Assembly (NCBI GenBank): GCA_964491775.1
Contig: CAZBHC010000011.1
Coordinates: 5,056 to 69,055, forward strand
Source: an uncultured Dehalococcoidales bacterium
GTDB lineage: Bacteria > Chloroflexota > Dehalococcoidia > Lucifugimonadales > Lucifugimonadaceae
Direction of reading: 5' to 3'
Length of the DNA: 64,000 nt
Below the pieces are notes generated by a model. The model saw only the letters and a list, made by a program, of their open reading frames with translations. It had not been told where the DNA came from and searched no databases. This document shows, in pieces, positions 8,631 through 18,282 of the stretch; position 1 is the stretch's first letter, and each line of letters starts with the position of its first letter. The position numbers and the translations under genes were made by a program.

Positions 8631-10685
8631 CTAGGTTGATTTATCTAATAATGTAATTAAATCCATGGTATTTTTACCATTACTTTGATTATTAGATGCA
8701 ATACCCTCATCCATCATTTGGACACAAAATCCGCAGGAAACTAATAAAGTATCAGCACCGGTTTCTATAAAGTCTTCAATTCTTTTGTGATTAATCTTTT
8801 TTCCTTTCTCTTCCATCCAAATTCTTCCTCCTCCTGCCCCACAACAAGCACTTTGACTTTTATTATTTTCAATTTCTACGAAATTTAGTCCAGAGATTGA
8901 ACTTATTATATTTCTTGGTTCCGAAATTAATCCATTATGTCTTCCTAAATAGCATGAATCGTGATAAGTGAATTTTTTTGAATTAAAAGCAATTTTAGGA
9001 TTTAGTTTTCCTTGTTTAAGTAATTCTCCAACGAATGAAGTGTAATGTTGGACTTCATAATTTCCACCTAACTGTGGATATTCATTTTTTATATTATTAA
9101 AACAGTGAGGGCATGTAGTCACTATTTTTTTTATATTATATGTTTCAAAAGTAGAAATATTCTCTTCTGCTTTCATTTGAAATAGATATTCATTTCCCAT
9201 TCTTCTAGCGGGGTCACCTGTACATGTTTCTTTATTCCCTAATACTGCAAAATCTATTCCTGCTTTTTGTAATACTTTTGCCATAGATCTAGTACTTTCG
9301 ATTCCTCTTGCAGTCATAGATCCTGTACATCCGACCCAAAAAAGTATTTCAGCTTTTGGATGTACATCTATTGTTTTAATATTGAGACCATCCATCCAAG
9401 ATGTTCTAGAATATTCTGTCCCTTTCCAAGGATGACCTCTTTGTTCTATATTTTCTAGTACTGTTTGTGCAGAATCAGGGATAGCTGTTTTTTCTAATGT
9501 CAGATACCTCCTCAATTCTACAATGGTATCTACTTGATTAATATTTACTGGACAAATGTCAATGCATGCCCCACATGTGAGACAAGACCAAACAACCTCT
9601 TCTTCAATTATTTCATCAGTAATACTGGAATTTGATGAAATTAAATTATCTTCCATATGTTTTCTCATATCTTGCATTACTTTTCTAGGAGATAAAGGCT
9701 TTCCTGTATTCCATGCGGGGCACATCTCTTCACATCTACCACAATTTGTACATGAATCATATGCCATTAATTCATTCCAAGAAAAATCTTTAAGTGAACG
9801 TGCGCCAAAAGATTCTAGGGTTTCAAAGTTTCCCATTGGTTTCAGCTCACCTGATTTTCTGAAAGATCGAAAAAATATGTTTAATGGAGTTATATACATA
9901 TGGGAGATATGGCTGAATTTAATAGCTCCATATGATAATCCTGCAGTGAATAAAATTGCGTGTGACCACCAAAAAGATTTATGTAGGATCTCCATTACAG
10001 AAATAGGAATACTTATTAGAATTAAAAATTTAGCGAATAACCACCCGATAATTGACCATTTAGCATCTATAGGATTATATAAATCTGAAGAAGGATTAAG
10101 TTCTGTGGCACCTATTCTTAGCCCTTCTAAAATAAAACCAGATAATATTAAAAGTGATAAGATACTTAGTATCATAGTATCGTCTAACATAGTGTTCAAT
10201 CTTGATGGTTTAATCACGTACCTTCTCCAAACAGCCATTCCAATTCCTATACTAGCTATTATTCCGCCAATATCCCAAATTAGTCCGAATTCTACTCGGT
10301 AGGGAGCTGTAGGGAAAATAACTCCAAAATATTTATGAAAATTAAATTCAATTGCACCAATAGTTGTTGCTACAAATAGAATAAGAAAACCCCAGAAAAT
10401 TGATAGATGCATAATTGCCGGATACATATGTCTTTTTCTTGAAAATTTTTTATGTGTTAATAGACCTATTGAAATTTCTTTAGTAAATCTGAATATTCGT
10501 TTTAAATATTTTTTTTCTTCTAATGTTTTTGTTCCTATTTTCCATAATTTTATTCTTCTAATTATTCCGTAAGAAATAAACGCGATACAAATAGGCGCTG
10601 AAAGATAAACTAATATACCAAACAAAGGATATCCAATATTCCAAAAGTCGGGTCGACCTGGTAGCTCAAACATATTTAAGATCAC
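8631..10685 (-). CDS. fused membrane (NarI/DsrM/HdrE-like, His-containing TM helices) plus HdrD/DsrK-like Fe-S oxidoreductase (2x[4Fe-4S], two CCG domains)
   Basis: About 6 N-terminal TM helices carrying HMYPAIMH and WWSHAILF...HISHMY. Ferredoxin motifs CTNCGRCEEMCP and CLTCGACIDICP. CCG-domain motifs (VGCTG...TCPHC; SACCGAGGG...SCGFC). The GTG start overlaps the UbiA stop. Confidence 0.8.
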   Translation of the reverse strand: MILNMFELPGRPDFWNIGYPLFGILVYLSAPICIAFISYGIIRRIKLWKIGTKTLEEKKYLKRIFRFTKEISIGLLTHKKFSRKRHMYPAIMHLSIFWGFLILFVATTIGAIEFNFHKYFGVIFPTAPYRVEFGLIWDIGGIIASIGIGMAVWRRYVIKPSRLNTMLDDTMILSILSLLILSGFILEGLRIGATELNPSSDLYNPIDAKWSIIGWLFAKFLILISIPISVMEILHKSFWWSHAILFTAGLSYGAIKFSHISHMYITPLNIFFRSFRKSGELKPMGNFETLESFGARSLKDFSWNELMAYDSCTNCGRCEEMCPAWNTGKPLSPRKVMQDMRKHMEDNLISSNSSITDEIIEEEVVWSCLTCGACIDICPVNINQVDTIVELRRYLTLEKTAIPDSAQTVLENIEQRGHPWKGTEYSRTSWMDGLNIKTIDVHPKAEILFWVGCTGSMTARGIESTRSMAKVLQKAGIDFAVLGNKETCTGDPARRMGNEYLFQMKAEENISTFETYNIKKIVTTCPHCFNNIKNEYPQLGGNYEVQHYTSFVGELLKQGKLNPKIAFNSKKFTYHDSCYLGRHNGLISEPRNIISSISGLNFVEIENNKSQSACCGAGGGRIWMEEKGKKINHKRIEDFIETGADTLLVSCGFCVQMMDEGIASNNQSNGKNTMDLITLLDKST

Positions 10686-11638
10686 CTAGCATATAACAAT
10701 ATTAAAGATGAAGTTATTAACCATAAAATAATATTAGCTAATAGTGGTAAATCATTTACAAATATTTCTTCAGGTTTTTCACCAATTTTTTTTTTGTGTA
10801 TTAAATAAAGATATCTAAATATTCCGTAGTAAACAAAAGGGACGGTCAACATCATTGAATTGTTACTGGGTAGATTATTATTAGGTGAAAGGTAACTGAA
10901 ACTATATAAAGTGTAAGCGAATAAGGTGGCAGTGGCTACAATATTTATTAAATTATCTAGAAATGGAATAGAGTATTGTTCCAAAGTTTTTCTAGTACTA
11001 GTAACGTTATTTTTACTACCTAATAACTCACCTCGTCTTTTTGAAAGGGCTATAAATAAAGCCCCAAGCCCAGTGACTACATATAACCATGATGAGATTG
11101 ATAATTCTAGAGTATCTAGGTTCCCGTTTATTGAAATTTCAGATTGATTTATTGCTATAGAACCTGCTACAGCTCTAAGAATAAAACCTGTCGCAATAGT
11201 AATAACATCTATTATCACAATATTTTTTAGGATGATGCAGTAAGAAAAATTTAATATTGTAAAAGATATACCTATTGAAAGTAATAGTGGATTTATTAAA
11301 TAACAAATTAGATTACCTAATAAACAAAATATTATTGCCCATAATCGTGCTGAAAGAATAGAAAGATCACCTTTAGCTATTGGACGATTTTTTTTGAAAG
11401 GATGTTTTTTGTCATTATTTATATCGATTGAATCATTTAGAAAATATACTGATACTGATAGAAAAAAGAATCCTAACATAGTATATATTGCTTTTTGTAA
11501 TATATTTAACATACCAGTAAAATCTTCTGGGCTGAACCATATATTTATTGTAAAAAAAAGCGGAACCAGAACTAATAAATTTTTTAATGATTGTCTTATC
11601 CGGAGCGTTTGTATAACAGCTAAAATTTTTATATACAT
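10682..11638 (-). CDS. UbiA-family prenyltransferase, decaprenyl-phosphate phosphoribosyltransferase-like
   Basis: 8-9 TM helices. N-terminal RIRQSLKNLLVLVPLFF. Asp-rich motif NDSIDINNDKKHPFKKNRPIAKGDLS. Confidence 0.75.
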   Translation of the reverse strand: MYIKILAVIQTLRIRQSLKNLLVLVPLFFTINIWFSPEDFTGMLNILQKAIYTMLGFFFLSVSVYFLNDSIDINNDKKHPFKKNRPIAKGDLSILSARLWAIIFCLLGNLICYLINPLLLSIGISFTILNFSYCIILKNIVIIDVITIATGFILRAVAGSIAINQSEISINGNLDTLELSISSWLYVVTGLGALFIALSKRRGELLGSKNNVTSTRKTLEQYSIPFLDNLINIVATATLFAYTLYSFSYLSPNNNLPSNNSMMLTVPFVYYGIFRYLYLIHKKKIGEKPEEIFVNDLPLLANIILWLITSSLILLYAR

Positions 11639-11689
11639 ATTTAAATGTTATTGATTTAATTTGATTTATTATTACATTATTTTATTACT

Positions 11690-12430
11690 TTGAAAAATTT
11701 TAATCTTCGTTTACGTTTGGATCAAACTCTATATCTTAGAGGCTTTGTAGATAGTTTAGAAGAATCCTTATCTTTAGTTATGTCAGGAAGGATATTACTT
11801 CCGGATATAAAACAGTCTCCTAAAGTTGGGCAAATATTATCTTTTGATGCAAATATTCTGTTAGTAGAAAATAAAACTTATGTTTCTAGAGGAGGGGAAA
11901 AATTACAAAATGCTATGAATTATTTTGGTATTTCAGTAAAAGATTTTACTTGTTTAGATATAGGAGCTTCAACTGGAGGATTTACAGATTATTTAGTGAA
12001 AAACGGTGCATCGAAAATTTATTCAATAGATGTAGGGAAAGGTCAACTACATAACAGTTTACTTATAAATAAGAAAGTAATATCTATGGAGAGAACTAAT
12101 GCTAGAGAGGCATTCATATTACCTGAAAAAGTGGATCTAATTGTAATTGATGTTTCTTTTATTTCATTGAAATTAATATTGCTTTCAGTTATAACTCACT
12201 TAAAAAGCGATTCTAATATTTTGGTTTTATTTAAACCGCAATTTGAACTAAATAAAAATGAAGTGCCTGCTGGAGGGGTGGTAAGTGATAGACAATCTAT
12301 TTCTAAAGGCTTAGGTAAATTTATTAAATGGTGTTTTAATAATGACATTAAAATTAAGGGGTTATGTGATTCAGAGTTAAAAGGTCGATCAGGCAACCAA
12401 GAAATATTTCTTTTGTTAGATAATTCTTAA
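11690..12430 (+). CDS. tlyA: TlyA-family 16S/23S rRNA (cytidine-2'-O)-methyltransferase
   Basis: N-terminal S4-like RLDQTLYLRGFVDSLEESLSLVMSGRI. SAM motif LDIGASTGGFTDYL. Also VDVSFISL. Confidence 0.85.
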   Translation: MKNFNLRLRLDQTLYLRGFVDSLEESLSLVMSGRILLPDIKQSPKVGQILSFDANILLVENKTYVSRGGEKLQNAMNYFGISVKDFTCLDIGASTGGFTDYLVKNGASKIYSIDVGKGQLHNSLLINKKVISMERTNAREAFILPEKVDLIVIDVSFISLKLILLSVITHLKSDSNILVLFKPQFELNKNEVPAGGVVSDRQSISKGLGKFIKWCFNNDIKIKGLCDSELKGRSGNQEIFLLLDNS

Positions 12431-12511
12431 AAAAGAATATTATTGACATTTTTTTTTTTGTATATTTTCACTCCTTAAGTAGAATTGTGATAGATAACAT
12501 TTGGGTATTAT

Positions 12512-13948
12512 ATGAAATCAAAATTTAAATCGACTTTTTCGGTTACTGAAGACTCTCCACGTGAAGCATGTGGAGTGATAGGTATATTTATGCCTAAAGG
12601 AAACGTGGCTAAGAATATTTTTTTTGGTCTTTTTGCTCTGCAGCATAGAGGCCAAGAAAGTGCAGGAATAGCTGTTTCAGATGGAGATAATATACGTATT
12701 CATTCAAAAATGGGACTAATATCACAGGTTTTTAGAGAAGAAGATCTAAATAGTTTAACAGGACATGTAGGAATAGGTCATACTAGATATTCTACTATGG
12801 GTGGTAGCAAAATTACTAATGCTCAACCTATTATAGTAAATGGTGCTAGAGGTAAATTAGCAGTCGGGCATAATGGGAATGTAATTAATGCTGAATTATT
12901 AAGAGACCAAATAAAAAAAGAATGGGAAGTTAATTTTGAAAAAACTTCTGATACTGAAGTAATTGCTGAATTATATGCAAATACACCAGGTAATAATTGG
13001 TTTGACGTTTCTTCCTCAGCCATGCGTAGATTATCTGGAGCTTATTCTTTAGTTATTATGAATAAGACAGAGTTAGTTGCTGTGAGGGATCCACTCGGCA
13101 TAAGACCACTATGTTTAGGCAAATTAGGAGATGGATGGGTAGTAGCATCAGAGACAGTTGCATTAGATAATATTGGAGCTGAGTTTGTAAGAGAATTGGA
13201 AAATGGTGAGACTATAGTAATTAATAATGAAGGAATTAAATCAAAAACATGGAGTGGTAGGAGGTCATCTCATGCTATGTGTATATTTGAGCATGTTTAT
13301 TTTGCCCGACCTGATTCTGTGATTAATGGAAAATTAACATATCAAACTAGACTTAAAATGGGATCAGAACTCTGGAAAGAATTTCCTGTAAAAGCAGATT
13401 TTGTTACTGGTGTTCCAGACTCATCAACTCCTCATGCAGTAGGTCTAGCTAGAGAATCTGGTATTCCTTACTTAGAAACTTTGATTAAGAATAGATATGT
13501 TGGTCGAACTTTCATTCAGCCAGATCAAGTGATAAGAAATACTGATGTTAAAATGAAATTTAATGTACTTAAATCTATTGTCAAAGATAAGAAATTTATT
13601 GTGGTAGATGATTCTATTGTGAGAAGTACTACCATTAAAAGAGTTGTACTATTGCTAAAAAAAGCAGGGGCTAAAGAAGTACATGTTAGAGTAGCTGCCC
13701 CTCCTATTAAATCTACATGTCATTTTGGAGTAGATATGGCTACGCTTAATGAGTTAATTGCATATAACATGTCTACAGATCAAATAAAAAATCTTATAGG
13801 TGCTGATTCATTAGAATATTTATCACTAGATGGTTTAATTAAATCTGTTGAAGGTACTAATGATACTTACTGTAGAGGATGTTTTACAGGAGAATATCCT
13901 ATACCTGTTCAATTAGAAATGGATAAATTCTCATTAGAACAAAAATAG
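12512..13948 (+). CDS. purF: amidophosphoribosyltransferase
   Basis: Ntn-Cys start ...EACGVIGIF, plus GIGHTRYSTMG and the PRPP loop VVDDSIVRSTT. Confidence 0.95.
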   Translation: MKSKFKSTFSVTEDSPREACGVIGIFMPKGNVAKNIFFGLFALQHRGQESAGIAVSDGDNIRIHSKMGLISQVFREEDLNSLTGHVGIGHTRYSTMGGSKITNAQPIIVNGARGKLAVGHNGNVINAELLRDQIKKEWEVNFEKTSDTEVIAELYANTPGNNWFDVSSSAMRRLSGAYSLVIMNKTELVAVRDPLGIRPLCLGKLGDGWVVASETVALDNIGAEFVRELENGETIVINNEGIKSKTWSGRRSSHAMCIFEHVYFARPDSVINGKLTYQTRLKMGSELWKEFPVKADFVTGVPDSSTPHAVGLARESGIPYLETLIKNRYVGRTFIQPDQVIRNTDVKMKFNVLKSIVKDKKFIVVDDSIVRSTTIKRVVLLLKKAGAKEVHVRVAAPPIKSTCHFGVDMATLNELIAYNMSTDQIKNLIGADSLEYLSLDGLIKSVEGTNDTYCRGCFTGEYPIPVQLEMDKFSLEQK

Positions 13949-13981
13949 ATATCTTGTGTAAATTTTCTCGAAAGGAAAAAA

Positions 13982-15001
13982 TTGGAATCTAAAACATATA
14001 AAGATGCTGGAGTTGATTTAATTGCTGCAGCAAATATAAAAGAAAAAATAAAAAATCTCACCGAAAAAACTTTAGGTTCTAACGTTTTTTTAGGTCCTGG
14101 TGGTTTTGGAGGAGTGATTGAGCCATATCCTGATTCAGACATTTTACTTGTATCAAGTACTGATAGTGTTGGGACAAAACAAAAAATTGCCGAAGCAATG
14201 GGAAATCATAGTAAAATAGGAGCTGATATTGTTAACCACTGTATAAACGATATTCTACCTTCTGGAGCAAAACCATTATTTTTCCTTGATTATATAGGAA
14301 TATCGAATTTTAATTCCAAAACTATTTCTGAAATTGTAGAAGGTTTATCATTATCATGTAAAGAATCCAAAATAGCTTTAATTGGTGGGGAAACAGCGAC
14401 TTTACCAGGTATTTATCATGATAATGATTATGATTTGGTAGGATTTATCGTTGGAACTGTTAAACGTGATCTTTTAATCACTCCTACAAAAGTTACTGAT
14501 AATGATCTTTTAATTGCTTTGCCATCGAATGGATTACATACTAATGGATATTCTCTAGTTAGATCTATTTTTGAAATAGATAATAATCCTAGAGTCTTAG
14601 ATGATAATGTTCCTGGTACTGGTGAAACATTGGGTGAAGCTTTAATAAAACCTCACAAAAGTTATCTTGATACTTTTGGAGAATACTTAAATATTATAAA
14701 TGGTTTAGCACATATAACAGGAGGTAGTTTTAATAAAAATATACCAAGAGTAATACCGGATGATTTATCAGTTGAATTGAAACTAAGTAGTTGGGATCCT
14801 CCAGATTTGTTTAATTATATACAAAAATCTGGTAAAGTCACTGATCAAGAAATGTACACGGTCTTTAATATGGGTGTTGGTATGATAGCTGTTGTGTCTG
14901 AAAAAAATGCTAGTTTATTATTAGAAAAATTAGAAGATTCTTGGATTATTGGAAATGTTATTAAGAATACAAATAATAAAAAGGTTAATTATCTAGATTG
15001 A
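13982..15001 (+). CDS. purM: phosphoribosylformylglycinamidine cyclo-ligase (AIR synthetase)
   Basis: YKDAGVDL, STDSVGTK, DIVNHCINDI and GGETA motifs. TTG start. Confidence 0.95.
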   Translation: MESKTYKDAGVDLIAAANIKEKIKNLTEKTLGSNVFLGPGGFGGVIEPYPDSDILLVSSTDSVGTKQKIAEAMGNHSKIGADIVNHCINDILPSGAKPLFFLDYIGISNFNSKTISEIVEGLSLSCKESKIALIGGETATLPGIYHDNDYDLVGFIVGTVKRDLLITPTKVTDNDLLIALPSNGLHTNGYSLVRSIFEIDNNPRVLDDNVPGTGETLGEALIKPHKSYLDTFGEYLNIINGLAHITGGSFNKNIPRVIPDDLSVELKLSSWDPPDLFNYIQKSGKVTDQEMYTVFNMGVGMIAVVSEKNASLLLEKLEDSWIIGNVIKNTNNKKVNYLD

Positions 15002-16521
15002 AAGCATTAATTTCAGTATCGGATAAAACAGGCATAGTAGATTTTTCGAGAAATTTATTGTCTTTAGGATATGACATTATTAGTACAGGTGGTACTGGAG
15101 AGTATTTATCTAATAATGGCATTTCTGTTACTGATGTTTCAAAAATAACTAACTTTCCAGAATTTTTGGATGGTAGGGTAAAAACTTTAAATCCAATAAT
15201 ACATGGAGGGATTTTAGCTAAAAGAGAAAACAGTTCTCATACCAATCAGCTAATTGAATTTGGAATAGATCAAATAGATTTAGTCGTAAATAATTTATAT
15301 CCTTTTCAGGAAACTATTAAAAATGAAAATATTTCGTTAGAAGATATTTTAGAGAATATCGATATAGGTGGTCCTGCAATGACTAGAGCTGCTGCCAAAA
15401 ACTTTAGTAATGTATTAGTCGTAGTTGATCCAGAGGATTACCAAAAAATAATTAAAGCTCATTCAAATGATGAGATAGATTTTAAATTTAGAAAATCTTT
15501 GGCTTCAAAAGCTTTTAGACATGTTTCATTTTATGATACTTTAATTGCTGATTATTTATCTAATGAAAAAGAAAAATCTACTTTTTTTAAACAAAAAACT
15601 AATGCATGGGAATTAGTTAATATACCTAGATATGGTGAAAATCCACATCAATCCTCAGCTGTTTATAAATTACCTAACGAAGAAGGAGGAATAGTAAATT
15701 CAATAAAATTACATGGTATTGATATGTCATATTTAAATTATTTTGATGCTGATGCAGCATGGGTGTCATGTAATATATTTGAAGAGAATTGTGTGTCTAT
15801 TATTAAGCATGGTAATCCTTGTGGTCTTTCCATAAATAATAATCAAACTGAGGCTTATTTAGAAGCATTAAGTGGAGATCCAGTATCTGCATTTGGTGGA
15901 ATAGTTGGTTTCAATAGTACTCTTACTGAAGAGACAGCGAAAAAAATGAAAGGTCATTTTATAGATGTTATTGTTGCTCCATCTTATGAAAAACCAGCTC
16001 TAGAAATTTTAAGAAAAAGAAAAAAAACACGAGTAATACAGGTGTCAAAAAATAAATTTTCTAATTTAATGATTAGATCTATTACTGGAGGTTTTTTATT
16101 ACAAGAATTTGACCAATATAATGACATTTCTGAAAATTGGGAAATTGTCACCAAAATCAAACCAAATGTTAAGATTATGGAAGATTTGAAATTTGCTTGG
16201 AAAATTTCTGGATTAATTAGATCTAATGCGATAGTTGTAGCTAAGGATAAAACTCTGATAGGAATGGGTGCTGGACAACCTAATAGATTAAATAGTATAA
16301 AGTTAGCTACACATTCTAAATCAGAAAATTACTATCATGGAAGCGTTTTGGCATCCGATGCTTTTTTCCCTTTTCCTGATAATTTAATCGAAGCTAATAG
16401 AAAAGGAATAAAGTTTTATATTCAACCTGGTGGTTCTATTAGAGATCAAGAAATAATCGATGTGGCTAATGAACTTAATATGATTATGGTTTTTACACAT
16501 AAAAGGCATTTTTTACATTAG
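14998..16521 (+). CDS. purH: bifunctional AICAR transformylase / IMP cyclohydrolase
   Basis: ALISVSDKTGIVDF, STGGT, GRVKTLNP.IHGGIL and C-terminal QPGGSIRD. The TTG start overlaps the purM stop (TTGA). Confidence 0.95.
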   Translation: MKALISVSDKTGIVDFSRNLLSLGYDIISTGGTGEYLSNNGISVTDVSKITNFPEFLDGRVKTLNPIIHGGILAKRENSSHTNQLIEFGIDQIDLVVNNLYPFQETIKNENISLEDILENIDIGGPAMTRAAAKNFSNVLVVVDPEDYQKIIKAHSNDEIDFKFRKSLASKAFRHVSFYDTLIADYLSNEKEKSTFFKQKTNAWELVNIPRYGENPHQSSAVYKLPNEEGGIVNSIKLHGIDMSYLNYFDADAAWVSCNIFEENCVSIIKHGNPCGLSINNNQTEAYLEALSGDPVSAFGGIVGFNSTLTEETAKKMKGHFIDVIVAPSYEKPALEILRKRKKTRVIQVSKNKFSNLMIRSITGGFLLQEFDQYNDISENWEIVTKIKPNVKIMEDLKFAWKISGLIRSNAIVVAKDKTLIGMGAGQPNRLNSIKLATHSKSENYYHGSVLASDAFFPFPDNLIEANRKGIKFYIQPGGSIRDQEIIDVANELNMIMVFTHKRHFLH

Positions 16522-16530
16522 ATAGCTAAA

Positions 16531-17271
16531 ATGACACTTAATCCAACTGTAGATATTGTAATACCTGTGTTAAATGAGGAAGAATCTTTGCCAATTTGTG
16601 TACAAAAGCTTCTAAATCATACTCATCTATTTAAACAATATAGGTGGAAAATTATTATTGCTGATAATGGTTCAGAAGATTCAACAGGAAAAATTTCAAA
16701 AAAACTAACATATTTGCATTCAAATGTTTATTATTTACGCTTAAAAGAAAAAGGACGTGGCAGAGCCTTAAAAAGAGCTTGGGGAAATTCTACTTCTGAA
16801 GTGATGATCTATATGGATGTTGATTTATCCACTAATCTAGATGCCTTAATACCTTTAATCGATGGAATAATAATTGAAAATTTTGACATATGTGTGGGAA
16901 CAAGGTTATCGAAAAAATCAAAAGTAATTGGTAGAAAATTTATAAGAGAAATTATGTCTAGAGGATATAATTTTTTAATAAGTTGTTTTTTTCCATGGAA
17001 AGGTTTTTCAGATGCTCAATGTGGATTCAAAGGTATTTCAAAGAAAGTAGGATATAATATTCTACCTTACATTAAAGATAATGAATGGTTTTTTGATACA
17101 GAACTTTTACTTGCATGTAGACATTATTCCATACCAGTTAAAGAAATAGCAGTTAATTGGGTGGATGATCCAGATACACGTGTTAAAATACTTCCAACAG
17201 TTTGGAAGGATATTAAAGGATTAATTAGATTAAGGCTTTTAGGTTTTAATAAAAACATAGATAAGATTTGA
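16531..17271 (+). CDS. family-2 glycosyltransferase (polyprenyl-phosphate glycosyltransferase-like)
   Basis: VDIVIPVLNEEESL, IIIADNGSEDST and YMDVDLST (DxD) motifs. Confidence 0.8.
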   Translation: MTLNPTVDIVIPVLNEEESLPICVQKLLNHTHLFKQYRWKIIIADNGSEDSTGKISKKLTYLHSNVYYLRLKEKGRGRALKRAWGNSTSEVMIYMDVDLSTNLDALIPLIDGIIIENFDICVGTRLSKKSKVIGRKFIREIMSRGYNFLISCFFPWKGFSDAQCGFKGISKKVGYNILPYIKDNEWFFDTELLLACRHYSIPVKEIAVNWVDDPDTRVKILPTVWKDIKGLIRLRLLGFNKNIDKI

Positions 17272-17283
17272 ATAAAAAAAATT

Positions 17284-18282
17284 ATGACAACTCCAGAATT
17301 TGAGATAAGTAGAAATATTCTTTCAGGAAATACTGCTGATTATGAAATAATTAGGACTGGAGAAATATTAAGAGAAGAAAAGATAAATCCAGATGTTGTA
17401 GTGGATTTTACTTTCCATGACGATGGTATTTTATGTGGTATTTCAGAAGTAGGATCTTTACTTAACTTAGTTTTACCTGAAAAAACAGGTCAAGCTTTTT
17501 CATTAGAAGAAGGACAAGAAGTTAAATCTGGAGAGGTTGTTCTACAAATTAAATCTTCTTATGCATCATTCGCCACTTATCAAACTGCAATTTCTGGCAT
17601 TCTTGCTTCTTGCTCTGGTTGGGCTACTGCAGCTAAAGAATGTTTTGATGCTGCTGATGGTGTACCAGTAATTGGTAATCCTGCGAGATATGTCCATCCA
17701 GAAGTAGTTGGAATGGCAGATTTTTCAGCAGCAGTTGGAGGTTGTTCCAGTACAACTACGATGGCTGGGCACTATTTACATAATCTTACTCCTTCTGGAA
17801 CAATGAATCATTCATTTGTTCTTTTGATGGGTGATAGTTTGAGGGCTATGAATGCATTTGATAGACATATGGATTTGGATATTCCTCGTGTCGCTCTAGT
17901 AGATACTTTTTCTGACGAAATTATTGAATCTATAAAAATAGGACATTCTATGAAAGGTAGATTAAGAGGTATTCGTATAGACACCCCAAAATCTAGAGGA
18001 GGGGTAACTCCTGAGTTAGTTAAAGAAATCAAATCTAGATTAGATAATGAAAAATTAGGATATTTAGACGTTATTATTAGCGGAGGGATGAATCCTGAAA
18101 GAATTAGAGAATTTGTTCAATCTGAAGCTCCAGTTGGAACATTTGTAGTAGGTCATTATATAGCTTCAGGAAAACCTAAAATAGTTTCTGCAGACATTAA
18201 GAGTATTGATGGAATTAATGTTGGAAAAAGGGGAATTATTCCTGGTCCTGTCAGTAATGAAGGATTTAAACAGATTCATTAA
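17284..18282 (+). CDS. type II phosphoribosyltransferase family protein (nicotinate/quinolinate PRTase-like)
   Basis: General resemblance to the short archaeal-type NAPRTase/QPRTase fold (GTMNHSFVL, VALVDTF, IRIDTP, IISGGM). The assignment is from recalled motif similarity only. Confidence 0.55.
   Translation: MTTPEFEISRNILSGNTADYEIIRTGEILREEKINPDVVVDFTFHDDGILCGISEVGSLLNLVLPEKTGQAFSLEEGQEVKSGEVVLQIKSSYASFATYQTAISGILASCSGWATAAKECFDAADGVPVIGNPARYVHPEVVGMADFSAAVGGCSSTTTMAGHYLHNLTPSGTMNHSFVLLMGDSLRAMNAFDRHMDLDIPRVALVDTFSDEIIESIKIGHSMKGRLRGIRIDTPKSRGGVTPELVKEIKSRLDNEKLGYLDVIISGGMNPERIREFVQSEAPVGTFVVGHYIASGKPKIVSADIKSIDGINVGKRGIIPGPVSNEGFKQIH

Noticed and set aside
9556-10302. 248-aa ORF antisense to the HdrD-like Fe-S protein; unusually long for an AT-rich genome.
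   Set aside because: The opposite strand encodes conserved CxxCxxCxxxCP motifs and TM segments. The antisense product is low-complexity Ser/Ile-rich with no motifs. This looks like a typical shadow ORF of a codon-biased gene.
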